Sequence record: DRR378314_895
Direction: 5' to 3' (one strand)
DNA length: 59,081 bases
A program made the translations under genes and the position numbers. Shown piece after piece: positions 19,922 through 30,624 of the stretch; position 1 is the first letter of the stretch, and each line of letters starts with the position of its first letter. The notes under the pieces were generated by a model. It saw only the letters and a list, made by a program, of their open reading frames with translations. It searched no databases and was not told the DNA's origin.

Positions 19922-21043
19922 ATGACCTTTCGTTCCCTTCTTGGCGCGTCGGCGCTAAGCCTTCTCGCAGCCAGCCTCGTGCAAGCCGATCCTATCACTC
20001 TGACCGACATTGCCGGTCGCGAGGTCACGGTTGATGCGCCGGTTGATCGCGTGATCTTGGGCGAGGGGCGGCAGATCTTCTTTGCGGCTGTTCTGGACGG
20101 GGAAAACCCGTTCGAACGTGTGGTCGGTTGGCGTGATGATTTCCGTCAGGCGTCGCCTGAGAGCTACGCCGCCTATGTGAAAAAATTTCCCGAACTGACC
20201 GACATCCCCACCTTTGGTGGGTTCAAGGACGGCACCTTTGATATCGAACAGGCGGTTTCACTAGACCCCGATGTGCTGATCATGAATCTCGAGGCCCAGG
20301 CTGCGACAGAAGAAGCAGGCTACGAGGAAAAGCTTGCCAAAGTCGGGATCCCGATCATCTATGTGGATTTCCGCGAAAAACCGTTCGAGCATACCTCGCA
20401 GTCGATGAAGATTATCGGTGAGCTGTTTGGAAAAGAAGATCGCGCGGCGGAATTCAATGATTTCTATGAGGCACAGATCGAGCGGGTCACCAGCGTGATC
20501 GACGCACAGGACGATCTTGAAATGCCGCTGGTCTTTGTCGAGCGTGCGGGTGGATATTCCGAGGATTGCTGCATGTCTTTCGGCAACGGCAACTTCGGTC
20601 GTTTCGTCGAGTTGGCTGGTGGTATCAACATGGCCAATGAGTTCATTCCGGGCACATTTGGGACGGTCAACGCCGAGCAGGTCATTGCGTCCAACCCGGA
20701 TCAGGTCATCGTGACGGGTGGCAATTGGGACGCTTATGTTCCTGGCGGCAAGTGGATCGGTGTGGGTCCTGGCTCTGACGTGGCGGTTGCCAAAGAAAAG
20801 CTGGCGGCGCTGATGGAACGTCCGGCGTTCACCGGCGTCAAGGCCGTTGAGAACGGCAAGGTCCACGCGATATGGCACCAGTTCTACAATAGTCCATACA
20901 GCTTTGTCGCTGTACAGCGGTTGGCAACATGGATGCACCCGGAACTGTTTTCCGATGTCGATCCCGAAGCGACGCTGAGAGAGCTGCACGACCGCTTCCT
21001 GCCGGTGGACTATAGCCCCGGCTACTGGGTTTCGCTCAACTGA
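19922..21043 (+). CDS. Iron-siderophore/cobalamin-type ABC substrate-binding protein (FecB-like)
   Basis: Signal peptide; TLTDIAGREVTV; EQVIASNPD; WMHPELF. Confidence 0.88.
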   Translation: MTFRSLLGASALSLLAASLVQADPITLTDIAGREVTVDAPVDRVILGEGRQIFFAAVLDGENPFERVVGWRDDFRQASPESYAAYVKKFPELTDIPTFGGFKDGTFDIEQAVSLDPDVLIMNLEAQAATEEAGYEEKLAKVGIPIIYVDFREKPFEHTSQSMKIIGELFGKEDRAAEFNDFYEAQIERVTSVIDAQDDLEMPLVFVERAGGYSEDCCMSFGNGNFGRFVELAGGINMANEFIPGTFGTVNAEQVIASNPDQVIVTGGNWDAYVPGGKWIGVGPGSDVAVAKEKLAALMERPAFTGVKAVENGKVHAIWHQFYNSPYSFVAVQRLATWMHPELFSDVDPEATLRELHDRFLPVDYSPGYWVSLN

Positions 21044-21062
21044 TCCGAACCAACTTAATCAT

Positions 21063-21082
21063 GACGGCCTTGCGGGGCCGTC
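21063..21082 (+). terminator. Stem-loop after the binding-protein gene
   Basis: GACGGCC-N6-GGCCGTC followed by a pyrimidine tract. Confidence 0.5.
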
Positions 21083-21101
21083 TCTTCTTTCGGAGGCACC
21101 C

Positions 21102-22163
21102 ATGACCGTCACGTCAACCGGAACCCCGGCCACATCGTATGCCTATCGCGGCCTCGTGGTGCGCCGCATCGCAGTGCTCTTGCTGCTGACTGTTCTTCTT
21201 GTTCTGTCGATTGCGGTGGATGTTGCGTTGGGGCCAGCGCGCTATGGCGTCGGCGATGTCGTGCGGACCGTTTTCATGCCTGGTTCCGTAGATTTACAGA
21301 TGCGTGTTGTGGTCTGGGACATCCGGATGCCGATGGCCGTGCTTGCCGTGACTGTGGGGGCCAGCCTTTCGCTTGCAGGTGCGCAGATGCAAACCATACT
21401 TGCAAATCCACTTGCCAGCCCATTCACCCTTGGACTGTCCGCCGCCGCCAGTTTTGGTGCAGCACTTGCGATGGTGCTCGGGGTGGCGCTGTTCCCGGCG
21501 GCAATTTCGCTGATGGTGCCCGTCAACGCCTTTGCCATGGCCATGGCAGCCTCACTGCTGATCTTTGGCCTCTCCACCCTGCGTGGGGTCACGGTGGAGA
21601 CCATCGTTCTGCTTGGTATTGCCCTTGTTTTCAGCTTCAACGCGGCGCTTGCGCTGTTGCAGTATTTTGCCTCCGAACAGGCGCTCTCTGCTGTGGTGTT
21701 CTGGACTATGGGCAGCCTGACCAAGGCCACATGGGGCAAGGTGGCGGTGACGGCGGTGATCCTCGCAGTCTGCACCCCGCTTTTTGCCCGTCGGGCCTGG
21801 GCATTGACCGCCATACGGTTGGGAGAGACGCGCGCAGCGGCCATGGGCGTTCCGGTGAAGCGACTGCGGTTGGAGGCCTTGTTCCTGGTTTCCCTGCTGG
21901 CGGCTGTGCCGGTGTCTTTTGTGGGAACCATCGGTTTTATCGGGATTGTCGGACCGCACGTGGCGCGGTTACTTCTGGGGGAGGATCAACGGTTCTTTCT
22001 GCCAGGTGCCATGCTGGCCGGGGCGGTGATCCTGTCGGCCACGTCGGTCCTGTCGAAGGTGATCCTGCCGGGGGCTGTGCTTCCCATTGGTATCATCACT
22101 GCGCTGGTGGGGGTGCCCTTCTTCGCTGCGCTGATCCTGACAAAAGGACGCAAATCATGGTGA
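21102..22163 (+). CDS. FecCD-family ABC permease
   Basis: IRMP, NPLASPFTLG, FWTMGSL, GTIGFIGIVGPH. Confidence 0.93.
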   Translation: MTVTSTGTPATSYAYRGLVVRRIAVLLLLTVLLVLSIAVDVALGPARYGVGDVVRTVFMPGSVDLQMRVVVWDIRMPMAVLAVTVGASLSLAGAQMQTILANPLASPFTLGLSAAASFGAALAMVLGVALFPAAISLMVPVNAFAMAMAASLLIFGLSTLRGVTVETIVLLGIALVFSFNAALALLQYFASEQALSAVVFWTMGSLTKATWGKVAVTAVILAVCTPLFARRAWALTAIRLGETRAAAMGVPVKRLRLEALFLVSLLAAVPVSFVGTIGFIGIVGPHVARLLLGEDQRFFLPGAMLAGAVILSATSVLSKVILPGAVLPIGIITALVGVPFFAALILTKGRKSW

Positions 22164-22921
22164 GCCTTGCTCTTGACCAGATCTCTGCCCGCTATGGGCG
22201 TAGGGAAATCCTGACCCAGGCGTCAACACCGCCGATGCCGGGTGGCGTGTTGACCGCGTTGGTCGGCGCCAATGCGGCTGGCAAGTCCACACTCTTTCGC
22301 CGCATCGCCGGTCAACTGGGGGGGACCGGCGCCGTGCGCTTGTCCGGGGCAACGCAGGATGATCTGCGCTACATGCCGCAGGATACTGCGATGACAGCAG
22401 CGCTGACGGTCTATGAGTCGATTATTCTCGCGCTGAAGCAAGGGAGCGGTGGTTGGCGGCTCGCGATCGAAGAGCTGGCAGCGGTGGACCATGTGCTTGA
22501 TCGGTTTGGCATCACCCATCTTGCGGAGCGGCAATTGCCGGAATTGTCAGGTGGTCAGCGACAGGCGGTCTCGGTCGCGCAGACACTGGTCACCCGTCCC
22601 AAGGTGGTCTTGATGGATGAGCCGACTTCGGCACTTGATCTCTATCGCCAGTATGAGGTGCTCGAGGCCTTGCGTGCCTATGCGGAAGAAACCGGCGCGG
22701 TTGTGCTATTGGCACTGCATGATCTCAATCAGGTGATGCGCAGCTGTACCACGACCATGGCGCTGGCAGGTGGGCGTATCCTTGCGTGCGGTCCGACGCT
22801 GCAGGTGTTGACCCCGGATCTGATCCGCAGCCTGTATGGGATCAACAGTCGGGTGGAGCGGTGTTCGCAGGGGTGTCCGATGATGATCGTGGATGGTCCG
22901 GCCGCGACGGCGGCCGGATAA
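22157..22921 (+). CDS. Iron-chelate ABC ATP-binding protein
   Basis: GANAAGKST, LSGGQRQ, MDEPT, LHDLN; start MVSLAL overlaps the permease end. Confidence 0.9.
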   Translation: MVSLALDQISARYGRREILTQASTPPMPGGVLTALVGANAAGKSTLFRRIAGQLGGTGAVRLSGATQDDLRYMPQDTAMTAALTVYESIILALKQGSGGWRLAIEELAAVDHVLDRFGITHLAERQLPELSGGQRQAVSVAQTLVTRPKVVLMDEPTSALDLYRQYEVLEALRAYAEETGAVVLLALHDLNQVMRSCTTTMALAGGRILACGPTLQVLTPDLIRSLYGINSRVERCSQGCPMMIVDGPAATAAG

Positions 22922-23020
22922 GAGCGTCTCGCTTGTCCCGTCTGGGGCAGGGGAAGTGCTTTTGTATCGGGCCATAAAGGTCGGAGCATGGCCCGGGGCA
23001 GAGCACCGTAAGTGCTGAAT

Positions 23021-24163
23021 TTACTGCCCCAGGCTGGTGTAGAGCCCTGCGGCCAGGCGTGCGCGCTCTACCAGGCTGTCTACTTCGATATGCTCGTTCA
23101 GCGTGTGCAGGCCCTTGCCCCGCACCCCGATGGAATCCAGGGTCGCTACGCCCATGAAACCAGTGAAGTTCCCATCAGAGCCACCGCCGGCGGACCCTGC
23201 TGGCAGGTCGAAGCCGATCTTTCCGGCAACCCCCTGAGCGACCTTCAGCATCTCCATGGTTCCCGGTTGGTTGGGCTCCCAAACCGGGCGGGTTACGCCG
23301 CGCCGCACCTCAAGTACGACGTCGCCGTCATCCGAGTTCAGTGCCATCATCCGTGCAATGCCATCGTCCAGCTGCGCTTGCGTTTTTGCCATTGTCAGCA
23401 CTTCTGCATCACAGACGGAAGATACGCAGTTCACCCATTGCCCGGCGTGGATCACCCCGACTGAGAAGGTGCAGTCCGGGCCAGTCATTGCTTCGATTTC
23501 ACCTATCCTGCGGGCCATTTCCGCAATTGCTGAACGCCCTTCGGAGAGCGCCCATCCCGCGTGGCTGGGTTTGCCGCGCGTTTGCAGGTCAAAGCGGGCG
23601 ATCGCGTAGCGACCGATCACGGCGCCGCCGTCGGCGCTGGCCGGCTCTGGCACCAGGACATATTTGTGTCTGGCGGCTTCGGCTTCGATCAGCTTGCGGG
23701 TCATGGGGGTCCCGATTTCCTCGTCCGGAGTGAACAGGAACGTGACCGGCAATGGCGTCACAATCCCGGCCCGCAGAATTTGGCGCATCGCTTCGAGGTA
23801 GACGTAGTTTCCGCCTTTCATATCCATCAGGCCGGGGCCATAGCAGATGCTGCCTTCGCGCCTGAAGGGGAGGGTATTAAGGGTGCCGACCGGGTGGACG
23901 GTATCGAGATGACCCAGAACAAGTATGCCGCCATCACCAGCGCGTGGGTGCGGCATGGATGCCCGGAGACTGTCGCCTAAGCCCATTCTGCCCGGTATGC
24001 GTTCTACCCGTGCGCCAAGTGTGGCCAGATCATGCTGCGCCACGTCCATCATCTGGTTGACTGCGGCGGCATCGAAGGTTGGGCTTTCGGTTTCGATCCA
24101 GGGACGCAGGCCCTCCAGCATCTCATCTGCATCGAAGGGCAGGGTGATCGCCGTGTGTGTCAT
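23021..24163 (-). CDS. M20 peptidase, glutamate carboxypeptidase-like
   Basis: GHLDTV, DMKGG, DEE, GGGSDGN, GLHT. Confidence 0.88.
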   Translation of the reverse strand: MTHTAITLPFDADEMLEGLRPWIETESPTFDAAAVNQMMDVAQHDLATLGARVERIPGRMGLGDSLRASMPHPRAGDGGILVLGHLDTVHPVGTLNTLPFRREGSICYGPGLMDMKGGNYVYLEAMRQILRAGIVTPLPVTFLFTPDEEIGTPMTRKLIEAEAARHKYVLVPEPASADGGAVIGRYAIARFDLQTRGKPSHAGWALSEGRSAIAEMARRIGEIEAMTGPDCTFSVGVIHAGQWVNCVSSVCDAEVLTMAKTQAQLDDGIARMMALNSDDGDVVLEVRRGVTRPVWEPNQPGTMEMLKVAQGVAGKIGFDLPAGSAGGGSDGNFTGFMGVATLDSIGVRGKGLHTLNEHIEVDSLVERARLAAGLYTSLGQ

Positions 24164-24165
24164 CG

Positions 24166-25332
24166 TCAGCTCCGTTTCAGGCGGGTTTCGACGATGCGGG
24201 CATAGACCGACGCGCCCACCGGCAGAATGGCATCATCAAGCACAAAACTCGGATTGTGCAACGGCACTGTGCCGGCATGTCCGATGCGGCAATAGGCGCC
24301 TGGCACCACTTTCAGCATGTCGGCAAAATCCTCGGAACCAGTGGCCTGCTCTTCGCTTATCAGCGACATTTCCGCGCCCACCACGTCGGCGGCGGCTTCG
24401 GCATAGGCGCGGGACAATTCTGGATCATTCTGCAAAACGTCAAAAACATTGCGCAGATCCACATCAATCGTGACGCCATAGGCAGTGGCGATCCCTGCGC
24501 AAAGTTCGCGAATGCGGCCCTCTGCCATATCGATTACGTCGTCGTGGAAATACCGAATGGTGCCTGCGATCACGGCACTTTCGGGAACCACGTTATAGGC
24601 CGACCCGGCCTGAAACTGTGTCACCGACAGGACGATCGGCTTTGTCGGCGGCGTATTGCGGCTGACCACGCTTTGGAGCTGCTGCACCAGCGCGGTACCG
24701 ATGATGATCGGATCCTTTGACTGATGGGGCATCGCGGCATGACTGCCCGTGCCAGTTATCTTTATGTCAAAGAAACTGGCCCCGGCCATTGCCGCGCCGG
24801 GGGTGATTTCGACCTTGCCGGGTTCGCCGTTTGGACTGTTGTGCATGCCGTAGATTTCATCACAGGGAAATTGCTCGAACAGACCTTCCTCGATCATCCG
24901 GCGCGCACCGCCCAGGCCTTCTTCGGCGGGCTGGAAAATCAGAACGGCAGTGCCGTCAAAGTCTCGCGTCTCAGCCAGATAGCGTGCCGCCCCCAATAGC
25001 ATGGTTGTGTGGCCATCGTGACCGCAGGCATGCATTTTGCCCGTATTGGTGGACGTATAGCTCAGCCCCGAGGCTTCTTCGATGGGCAGAGCGTCCATAT
25101 CGGCGCGCAGCCCGATGCGGCGATTGCCGCCCCCTTGACCGCGGATGAGCCCGACGACACCTGTGCCACCAAGCCCTTCATGGACTTCGTCTACGCCATA
25201 AGTGCGCAATTGTTCTGCCACGATGCCTGCGGTGCGGCTCTCTTCAAAACCGAGTTCGGGATGGGCGTGAAGATCCTGACGAATGGCCGTCAATTCAGCC
25301 GCGAAGGCATCAATCTTTGGGAAAATGCTCAT
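24166..25332 (-). CDS. M20 amidohydrolase (hippurate hydrolase/aminoacylase family)
   Basis: HAHPELGFEE, LRADMDALP, MHACGHDGH, QPAEE, SEDF; start MSIFPK overlaps the upstream stop. Confidence 0.9.
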   Translation of the reverse strand: MSIFPKIDAFAAELTAIRQDLHAHPELGFEESRTAGIVAEQLRTYGVDEVHEGLGGTGVVGLIRGQGGGNRRIGLRADMDALPIEEASGLSYTSTNTGKMHACGHDGHTTMLLGAARYLAETRDFDGTAVLIFQPAEEGLGGARRMIEEGLFEQFPCDEIYGMHNSPNGEPGKVEITPGAAMAGASFFDIKITGTGSHAAMPHQSKDPIIIGTALVQQLQSVVSRNTPPTKPIVLSVTQFQAGSAYNVVPESAVIAGTIRYFHDDVIDMAEGRIRELCAGIATAYGVTIDVDLRNVFDVLQNDPELSRAYAEAAADVVGAEMSLISEEQATGSEDFADMLKVVPGAYCRIGHAGTVPLHNPSFVLDDAILPVGASVYARIVETRLKRS

Positions 25333-27014
25333 GCGTGGTCTCCTGTAGGTACGGTTGCGCCGTCCTGGGCGCGGAAGTTGGCGAAGTCCCAATGGCGGCC
25401 CGGGGCCGCTTCGATCAGGCTTTGAGTATAAGGGTGAGCGGGGTTGGCCAGAACATCGGCCGCCGTGCCCTGTTCGACAACAAGGCCACGTTGCATGACG
25501 ATGACCTCGTCGCAAATCTGCGCGGCGACCCGTAGGTCATGGGTTATGAACAGCATGCCGATGCCGTATCGCTCCTGAACATCATCCAGCAAATCCAGAA
25601 CCTGCGCCTGCACGCTCACGTCCAGCGCAGAAACAGCTTCGTCAGCGACCAGCAGGTTTGGGCGCATGGCCACGGCACGTGCAATGGCAATGCGCTGGCG
25701 TTGGCCGCCAGAAAACTGATGCGGGTAGCGATCCAGCGCATTGCGCGGCAAGTCGACCAACTCCATCAGGTCTGCGGCATGGGTCATTGCCTCGTCACGG
25801 GACGCGCCGAAATTGATCGGGCCTTCGCACAGGGAGCGCGCCACGGTCCAGCGTGGGTTCAGTGATCGGTAGGGATCCTGAAACACGATCTGAAAGTGTT
25901 TGCGATGGGGTTGCAGCTGACGTCGATTGAGCTTGGCGACTTCGGTTCCTGCAACCTGAACTGAACCGTCCGTCGGATCAATCAGGCGCATGATGCAGCG
26001 CGCTACGGTGGATTTACCGGAGCCACTTTCTCCGACAATACCAAGTGTTTGGCCTGGCGCGATGGCGAAGTTGACGTCCTGCGCTGCCTTGACGCCTTCG
26101 CTTTTACGCAGGATGCCACCGCCGCCATAGGTTTTTTTCAAGTCAGAGACTCGCAAGACCGGAGCCTGTTCTTGCGCGGCGCGTGGCGGACGTGGAGCCA
26201 GATTGGGAACCGCCTGCAGCAGCTTGCGGGTGTAGTCTTCCTTGGGGCAGGTCAGGAGCTCTTGAACGGCCGCGTGTTCGACGATACGTCCGTGTTGCAT
26301 GACGCAGACCGTATCAGCGATCTCGGCTACGACCCCCATGTCGTGCGTGATAAACAAGACGGCAGTTCCATGGCGTTCCTGCATCTCTGCAATCAGTTTT
26401 AGGATTTGCTGTTGCGTGGTCACGTCGAGCGCCGTAGTCGGCTCATCCGCAATCAGAAGATCGGGATCCAGAACAAGCGCCATCGCGATCATGATCCGCT
26501 GGCGCTGGCCGCCTGAGAGCTGATGCGGAAACGCCGCGTAGATCCGCTGCACATCGGGCAAGTGCACATGTTCCATGATGTCCAGAGTGCGTGCCTTGGC
26601 CTCTGATGCAGATAGATCTGTGTGCATATGCAGCACTTCCTCGATCTGCTCGCCAACTCTCAGCACAGGGTTGAGGGCAGTCATCGGTTCCTGAAAAATC
26701 ATCGCCACGCGTCGGGCCCTCAAATCACGCATCTGCGCCTGACTGGCGGCGGTGATTTCGATCTCCTTCAAATTGATACGCCCGCCGGACACCTCCAGCG
26801 CGCCTTTGGGCAGCAGTCCCATGGTCGCCAGCGACGTCACCGACTTGCCAGAGCCACTTTCCCCGACCAGACAGAGGGTTTCGCCGGCGCGGATGTCGAT
26901 GTCGATACCGCGCAGTACGGGGGCCATGCCGGTATTGCCGCAGAGGTCTACGGTCAGGTTTCGAATGGTCAGGACCTGATCCGCCTGCGAGAAATCCTTG
27001 GATTTGAACTGCAT
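25329..27014 (-). CDS. Dipeptide/oligopeptide ABC ATP-binding protein with two ATPase domains
   Basis: Two GESGSGKS Walker A motifs and two SGGQRQ signatures. Confidence 0.92.
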   Translation of the reverse strand: MQFKSKDFSQADQVLTIRNLTVDLCGNTGMAPVLRGIDIDIRAGETLCLVGESGSGKSVTSLATMGLLPKGALEVSGGRINLKEIEITAASQAQMRDLRARRVAMIFQEPMTALNPVLRVGEQIEEVLHMHTDLSASEAKARTLDIMEHVHLPDVQRIYAAFPHQLSGGQRQRIMIAMALVLDPDLLIADEPTTALDVTTQQQILKLIAEMQERHGTAVLFITHDMGVVAEIADTVCVMQHGRIVEHAAVQELLTCPKEDYTRKLLQAVPNLAPRPPRAAQEQAPVLRVSDLKKTYGGGGILRKSEGVKAAQDVNFAIAPGQTLGIVGESGSGKSTVARCIMRLIDPTDGSVQVAGTEVAKLNRRQLQPHRKHFQIVFQDPYRSLNPRWTVARSLCEGPINFGASRDEAMTHAADLMELVDLPRNALDRYPHQFSGGQRQRIAIARAVAMRPNLLVADEAVSALDVSVQAQVLDLLDDVQERYGIGMLFITHDLRVAAQICDEVIVMQRGLVVEQGTAADVLANPAHPYTQSLIEAAPGRHWDFANFRAQDGATVPTGDHA

Positions 27015-27015
27015 C

Positions 27016-27903
27016 TTATGCCTCTCGTTTTTTCAGGCGCGGGTCGAGAAGGTCACGCGCGGTATCACCGAGAAGGTTGATCGACAGAATGCAGAGCGAC
27101 AGCATTACGCCCGGCCAGAAGATCAGCCCCGGTTTGATCTGAAAGAAGGTGCGACCTTCGGCCATGATGTTGCCCCATGTGGGAATTTCGGTCGAAACAC
27201 CTGCTCCGAGAAAACTGAGAATGGCTTCGATCAGGATGGCTGAGGCGCAGATATAGGTGCCTTGCACGATCAACGGGGCCAGTGTGTTGGGCATCAAATG
27301 CTGAATAAGGATCTTCGGCATCGAAGATCCAAGTGCAATGGCAGCTTCCACATAGGGCTCTTCTCGCGCGGTCAGCACGACGGAGCGGACCAAGCGCACG
27401 ACACGGGGCACTTCGGGGATGGTGATGGCGAGGATGACCGAAAACAGGCTGGGGCCGTTCAGCGCGACCAATGCGATCGCCAACAGGATCGCAGGAATGG
27501 CCATGAGACTGTCCATGATTCGCATGATGATGCTGTCGGCAGTGCGAAAGAAGCCTGCAACGAGACCGATTGCCAATCCGATGGCGACACTGACCACGGC
27601 GGCACCGATACCGATCAGCAATGACACCCGGCCTCCTGTCATCACCCGGCTGAACGTGTCGCGGCCGTATTGGTCCGTGCCGAGAAGATGGGCATCCGAT
27701 GGCGGTTTCAGCCGCGCAAGGGCGTCCATTGATAGCGGGTCATAGGGCACATAGAGCGGGGCCAGGAGCGCGGCCAGCACGATGATCGTCAACATCAGCG
27801 CGGCGAGCATCGGTCCAATGCCGAGACGGGCACCTGCAGGCAGCGCCAGCATACGCGTCAATGACCGAAAGGCGCTCTGACTGGGGGGAGATTGATCGGT
27901 CAT
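27016..27903 (-). CDS. Peptide ABC permease (DppC-like)
   Basis: HLLGTDQYGRD, EAA motif, PTWGNIM. Confidence 0.9.
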   Translation of the reverse strand: MTDQSPPSQSAFRSLTRMLALPAGARLGIGPMLAALMLTIIVLAALLAPLYVPYDPLSMDALARLKPPSDAHLLGTDQYGRDTFSRVMTGGRVSLLIGIGAAVVSVAIGLAIGLVAGFFRTADSIIMRIMDSLMAIPAILLAIALVALNGPSLFSVILAITIPEVPRVVRLVRSVVLTAREEPYVEAAIALGSSMPKILIQHLMPNTLAPLIVQGTYICASAILIEAILSFLGAGVSTEIPTWGNIMAEGRTFFQIKPGLIFWPGVMLSLCILSINLLGDTARDLLDPRLKKREA

Positions 27904-27904
27904 G

Positions 27905-28846
27905 TCAGTAGCGGATCCTTGGATCAAAGAAGGAATAGGATATATCGACCAGAAGGTTGACCAGGACATAAATGCCAGCGGTCAGCAGGATCATCGCCTG
28001 AATGACGGGATAGTCCCGCGCCAGGATCGCATCCACAGTGAGGCGCCCGATCCCGGGAATGTTGAACACGCTTTCGGTCACCACAACGCCGGAAATGAGA
28101 AGCGCGAAACCAGTGCCGATGATCGTGAGGATCGGTACGGCTGCATTGCGCAGGGCATGACGAAACAGCACCGTGTTTTCACGAACACCCTTGGCGCGCG
28201 CGGTGCGGATATAGTCTTCCCCCAATACCTCGAGCATGGATGCACGGGTCATTCGCGCGATCAAGGCCACATAAATGGTGGCCAGAGTGAGGGATGGCAG
28301 AATGGCGCGGAGGAAGAAGTCCCCGATCCCTTCGGAGGGGGCGACATAGCCTTGAACCGGGACCCAGCGCAGCTCGATGGCAAAGATCTGGATCAACACG
28401 TAGCCAATCACAAACACCGGGACGGAAAAGCCCAGAACGGAAAAGGACATGACCGCGAAGTCGACCCAGGTGCGGTGACGCCAGGCTGCGATCACGCCCA
28501 TCGGGACCGCCAGGAAAACGGAAATCAGGATGGTCATCAGCGCGATGTTGATTGTGGGGCCCAGACGATCCGCGATCATGTCGGAGACCGATGTGTTCGA
28601 GATCAGTGACGTTCCGATATCTCCTTGGAGCATCTGGCTGGTCCAGGTGAAGAATTGGACGTGAAGCGGATCGTTGAGGCCAAGACTGTCGCGGATGCGT
28701 TCCAGCTGGGCCGGGGTCGCGGCATCTCCGGCGAGGATCGCGGCGGGGTCTCCGGGCGTAAGGCGCAGGAGCAGAAAGACAAACACGGCCACGATGATCA
28801 TCACGGGCACGGTCGCCAGGACGCGCTTCAGAATATAGCTGAACAT
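27905..28846 (-). CDS. Peptide ABC permease (DppB-like)
   Basis: PGDPA, DYIRTARAKG, RDYPVIQ. Confidence 0.92.
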   Translation of the reverse strand: MFSYILKRVLATVPVMIIVAVFVFLLLRLTPGDPAAILAGDAATPAQLERIRDSLGLNDPLHVQFFTWTSQMLQGDIGTSLISNTSVSDMIADRLGPTINIALMTILISVFLAVPMGVIAAWRHRTWVDFAVMSFSVLGFSVPVFVIGYVLIQIFAIELRWVPVQGYVAPSEGIGDFFLRAILPSLTLATIYVALIARMTRASMLEVLGEDYIRTARAKGVRENTVLFRHALRNAAVPILTIIGTGFALLISGVVVTESVFNIPGIGRLTVDAILARDYPVIQAMILLTAGIYVLVNLLVDISYSFFDPRIRY

Positions 28847-28878
28847 GGACAGCTACCTTTTGAGTTGGTGCGGAAAAG

Positions 28879-28908
28879 CCGGGGCGCGGGACATGCCGCG
28901 CGCCCCGG
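28879..28908 (-). terminator. Intercistronic stem-loop after the binding-protein gene
   Basis: CCGGGGCGCG...CGCGCCCCGG 10-bp stem followed by TTTT on the minus strand. Confidence 0.6.
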
Positions 28909-28922
28909 AAGTTGGGGAGAGA

Positions 28923-30527
28923 TCAATCTTCCTTGGTCATGTTCCAGAATACCGGGACCGGGGAGGGGATCATGTTCTGGATCGCGTTCTGACGTGCCTG
29001 CGGCATGGTGTATTCGCCGAGGTGGATGTAGTTCACGTTGTCCATGACATGCGCTTGAATTTTTACAGCGACGTCCTTGCGCTCCGCCTCCGAACTCGCG
29101 GCGACAAAGTCTGCACGGAGGGTTTCGATTTTCTCATCCGTGGGCCACCCGAACCACGCCTCATCGCCGCGGCCATTGACCATCACGTTGATGAGCGGAT
29201 CGGAAATTTCCGGCACCATCCAGTTGGTGAAGAAAATGTTCCAGCCGCCTTCAGCTGGCGGCGATTGCTGCGCGCGGCGGTTTACCACGGTCTGCCAGTC
29301 CATCGGCTGCATATCGACGTTGAAGCCCGCTTCTCTCAGAGCCTGTGCGGCAACGACGGGTTGGTTGGACAGGCTGACCACATCGGTGGGCGCCATCAGT
29401 ACGATCGGGGTGCCGTCATAATCAGCCTCGTCCAGAAGGGATTTGGCGGCATCCGGGCGTGCGCCTGCAGTGATCGGCTCTGCTCCGGTTTCATCGCCAA
29501 GCGGGGTGTCGCACCCAAAGACCGCGCCGCAGATCTTGTAGTAGTCAGGACTGCCCATCATTGTGGCCAGTACATTCTCCTGGCTCAGTGCTTCGAGCGC
29601 CGCTTGGCGCACCTTCTTGTTATCAAACGGAGGGTGCAGGAAGTTCGGGCGACCGATGGTGACGTAGCCGAGGGGATCCCGGTTTTCTACTGTCACCTCA
29701 GGCGATGCTTGCAGGATCGGCAGCAGATCAACCTGAACCTGTTCCAGATAGTCGATCTCACCAGCGGCCAGCGCGTTGATTGCCGTCAGGGAGTCCGGCA
29801 TGGTGGTCCAGACCACTTTGTCGACATTCACCACCTTGCCCCCGGCCATCCAGCTTGCAGGTTCATCGCGGGGAACATAGTCGTCGAACTTGCTATAGGT
29901 CACCGAAACACCGGGCTCATACTCATCGGTCTCAAATACAAACGGTCCCGATCCGATGTATTCGGTAATGGTCTCATCCGGTGAGGTTTCCGCTACACGC
30001 TTCGGCATGATGAATGGAGGAACGGCCGATTGTTTGGAGATGACGGTCATCAGCGGCGGGAAGGGTTCGGAGAGTGTCCAGACCACGGTGGTTTCATCCG
30101 TTGCCTCCAGGCTGGCCGTGACGTCAAAAATCATCTGACCGCCCGAGTCGCGCTTGCCCCAGCGTTGCAGCGAGGCGACCACGTCCGCGCCGGTGACCGG
30201 TGCGCCGTCGTGAAACGTCAGCCCGTCTCGCAGGGAGAACGTATAGGTCAGGCCATCGTCGGAGGTTTCGAATGCAGCCATTTGCGGCTGTGGTGCAAAA
30301 TTTTCGTCTACCGCGGTAAGTACATCATAGATCATGTAACCATGGTTGCGGGTGATGTGAGCCGTTGTGATCACCGGATCGAGAACCCGAAGGCCAGAGT
30401 GCATCACCGCCGTGATGGTTTTCTCTTCCGATGCTTCGGCGCCAATCGGAGTTAGAAGCGCGGCGCTGGCCAAAAGCGCAGCGGCAAAACTGCCGCGCAG
30501 CGCTGAGAGGGGGCGAATTGGTTGCAT
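28923..30527 (-). CDS. Peptide ABC substrate-binding protein (family 5)
   Basis: Signal peptide; YTFSLRDGLTFHDG; IGSGPF; PPFDNKKVRQA. Confidence 0.92.
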   Translation of the reverse strand: MQPIRPLSALRGSFAAALLASAALLTPIGAEASEEKTITAVMHSGLRVLDPVITTAHITRNHGYMIYDVLTAVDENFAPQPQMAAFETSDDGLTYTFSLRDGLTFHDGAPVTGADVVASLQRWGKRDSGGQMIFDVTASLEATDETTVVWTLSEPFPPLMTVISKQSAVPPFIMPKRVAETSPDETITEYIGSGPFVFETDEYEPGVSVTYSKFDDYVPRDEPASWMAGGKVVNVDKVVWTTMPDSLTAINALAAGEIDYLEQVQVDLLPILQASPEVTVENRDPLGYVTIGRPNFLHPPFDNKKVRQAALEALSQENVLATMMGSPDYYKICGAVFGCDTPLGDETGAEPITAGARPDAAKSLLDEADYDGTPIVLMAPTDVVSLSNQPVVAAQALREAGFNVDMQPMDWQTVVNRRAQQSPPAEGGWNIFFTNWMVPEISDPLINVMVNGRGDEAWFGWPTDEKIETLRADFVAASSEAERKDVAVKIQAHVMDNVNYIHLGEYTMPQARQNAIQNMIPSPVPVFWNMTKED

Positions 30528-30624
30528 TGTTGATTTCCCTGTTGCTGTGAAAAGGAACGTTTTGTTCTTATCGTTGGGATCCGGCGGTGGACCGCCGAAC
30601 CAGGGGCGCAGTGCGCCAGTAACA

